From NCBI GenBank assembly GCA_964608515.1, contig CAZSNS010000003.1:11360-68311 (forward strand): DNA of 56,952 bases, written 5' to 3'. Source of the DNA: Candidatus Hadarchaeota archaeon. GTDB lineage: Archaea; Hadarchaeota; Hadarchaeia; Hadarchaeales; JAGGTB01. Below the pieces are notes generated by a model. It worked only from the letters and a program-made list of their open reading frames with translations, ran no database searches and was not told the origin of the DNA. Below, piece by piece: positions 52,001 to 55,000 of the stretch; within the stretch, counting starts at the first letter, position 1, and each line of letters starts with the position of its first letter. The position numbers were made by a program, and so were the translations under genes.

Positions 52001-55000
52001 TTCTGAAATGAAGAAATATATGAATCTCTACGGCGGAACGGACCTCAGCGAATATAAGAACATTAAAGAAGGATGGAGTCGAACTTCTTGGCGCGACTTC
52101 GGGCGAGAGGTGGCATGGAGCGAATTCATATCAGACGTAACAATTGAACCAGGACAAGCCATATACTCCACAGTGGATGTCACCAATCCGATTTATGAAC
52201 CTACTAGCTGGTGGACGATGGACGACGCCCACACCAGAGACAACACTCTCAAAGATTACTGGTCATCCTATGACGGCGAAATAAATGACGCTTCTCCAGG
52301 ACACACAGGAGTGTTTAACCAATCTTATAACTTCGACGGGACGGATGATTGGATTAATTGTGGCGATATAAACGTCCTTGACTCTTCATCAACCTTCACC
52401 ACCAGTTTATGGTTCAAAAGAGAAATAGATCAATCAGATGATTCAAACCATGGCACCAGTAATGTCATGTTTGCAAAGGCTAGCGATAGTGCTAATGATA
52501 TTATCGAAATAGGAACTGAAGGAAGTAATATAGAGATTTATTTAGACGCGATCGGAAATAATAAAATGGAAAGTTACAACGCAGGTATAAATAACAACCA
52601 ATGGTACCATCTTGCACTGACTTACGATAGCGGAGTAGTTAAATTATACTTGAACGGAGCCATGGTGAAGGAATGGACCGGCTGGGGCAGTCAACTAGAT
52701 GATGCTGGAAGTAGTCCTGTGACTCTTGGCAAAACCCACCATTCAGATATATACTTCGGCGGTCTAATCGATGAAGTCATGGTCTACGACAAAGTCCTCA
52801 AACATGGAGAAATACAAAAAATCAGAAACAAGATCAGAAACAAAGAAATTCGAGACAGGCAAGAATTCAGACTAGAGCACGGTCCTCACTCTCACTTCAT
52901 CCAAGAGATGTCGCCTGGTCGATACGCAAGAGTCACCACGAAAATGAGTTCAAATGACACAAGAAAATCACCATCGGTTAACAGTTATACGATATGGGAA
53001 GCTCCAACCTACAAGTCGCAAGGAAGTTATTCTATAACTCGGGATTGGGTGATGAGACGTGAATATACTGATTTTGGTGTTTCAAGTACTCTTCCTGAAA
53101 ATACTAACGCTTCTCTAGAGATACAAGTGAGCAATGACAAATCTAATTGGAATACGATCGGGAGCGACTCCGATTTAAGCGACGGATTTACTAAGATTGA
53201 ACTACCGAGCACTGCGGGTAGGTACTCTAGGGTCAAGTTTGATTTGTCCACTCAAATAGAGACTAGGACACCGGTCATTAATTACTTCACTATACGTTCT
53301 CCTGGCGGTAGCACTGTCAAGTGGCTTGAGGATAATCTGCATTGGGATAGGCTTGAAATGAACTTGGAACATTTTGTCGGTTTCAATGATGTTCTGAATG
53401 AGAACGCTGTCGAAACAATGACACTTGGGAAAGTGGACTTTTTCGACAAACTGCGGGTTGAAAACAATCTCATAGAGTTAGAAAACTTCCACTATTTAAT
53501 AGAGAACTATGATATAGTCTCAAGGGATGTATACCTTACCAATCCTGGAATAACTGATGTGTTAATGGAACAAATAGGAGATATGGGTTGGGATTATAGC
53601 GAACTGACGTGGGAAAACTTCACCTTCTCCCACGATAACATTTATGCTTATATAAAAAGCTTATCTGCAGAAGATTTGCCATTCCTCTCTGCTGGAACAT
53701 TAGGACTGGACAATCTAAAAATGGAAAACACGGTAATAAACTCTACAGACTTCCTATTCAATCTAGAAAACCTCTATTTCCTATCGGACAACGTGTATAT
53801 AGAAAATGTAGGAGTCAACGACTGGGTATACGAATCAATGGAAAACATGGGTTGGGACAACGGACAATGGGACTGGAAATTCTTCAATCTAAGAAACGAC
53901 CACCTATACGCAGATTCTGCCTATATGGACCAAGACGACTTACCCATCGGAGTCCCAGTAGATAATCTCGAATTAGAAAATCTAAAACTAAGCACAAAAG
54001 ACTTCCAATTCCGCTGGTGGAAACTAGCAGTGTGGTCAGATAACATAAACATGCACGAACCAGGCCTGCAAGACGTCCTAAAAAACTTTATAGAAAACAT
54101 GAAATGGCGCTACTCCCGACTCGACTTAGACAATATTTACGCAAAACACGACCGCTTCTACACTTCCTTAGAAAACATGACCCAAGAAGACATTCCGATG
54201 GATGTACCGATGTTTGACAATATAAAAATGGAAAACCTAGAAGCAACCTCCAAAAACTTCCTATATAACTTATTAGATCTGCGAGTCATAGCAGAAAACG
54301 TCAGACTCAGAACACCAGGCCTCACAGACGTTCCGATGGCTTTCATAGAAGAACTAGGCTGGGACAACAGCAGGCTAGAATGGGAAAACCTAGAAATAAC
54401 TAATGACTACCTCTGGACTCATGCAGAAAACCTAACCAAAGACGAAATACCTGCCGAAATACCGTTAGAAAACTTCCGAATCGAAAACCTAGAAATAACA
54501 TCAGAAGATTTCCTAGCCAACCTAATAGATCTACTATGGAAATCGAAAGGTGTTAACTCCGTGGAAAACCTTATCGCAGAATGGAAAATGGACGAAGGCG
54601 AAGGAAGTATAGCAAATGACACAGCGTATCAAAATGACGGACAACTCAAAAACGGTCCGGTATGGGATAACGGGTACTATGGAAACTCACTAAAATTCGA
54701 CGGCTCTAACGATTATGTCGAAACACCAGATGTAGTAGGTGGAGAAAACGAGATAACAATCAGCACATGGGTCAATCCCAAAGACTTTGAATCTCAAGAT
54801 AAGACAGTCGTGGGAACTTGGGGCACCCAAGAATTAACGTTATGGTATGATGTAGGAATGGACAATTGGAGCCTAATTGTTCACGACACCAATGGAAATA
54901 ATGTAAGAGTCAACGGAGGAAACCCACAAACTGGCGAATGGACACACTTGGCTGGAACATACAAGGACAACGAAAAACTAGAACTTTACATAAACGGAAC

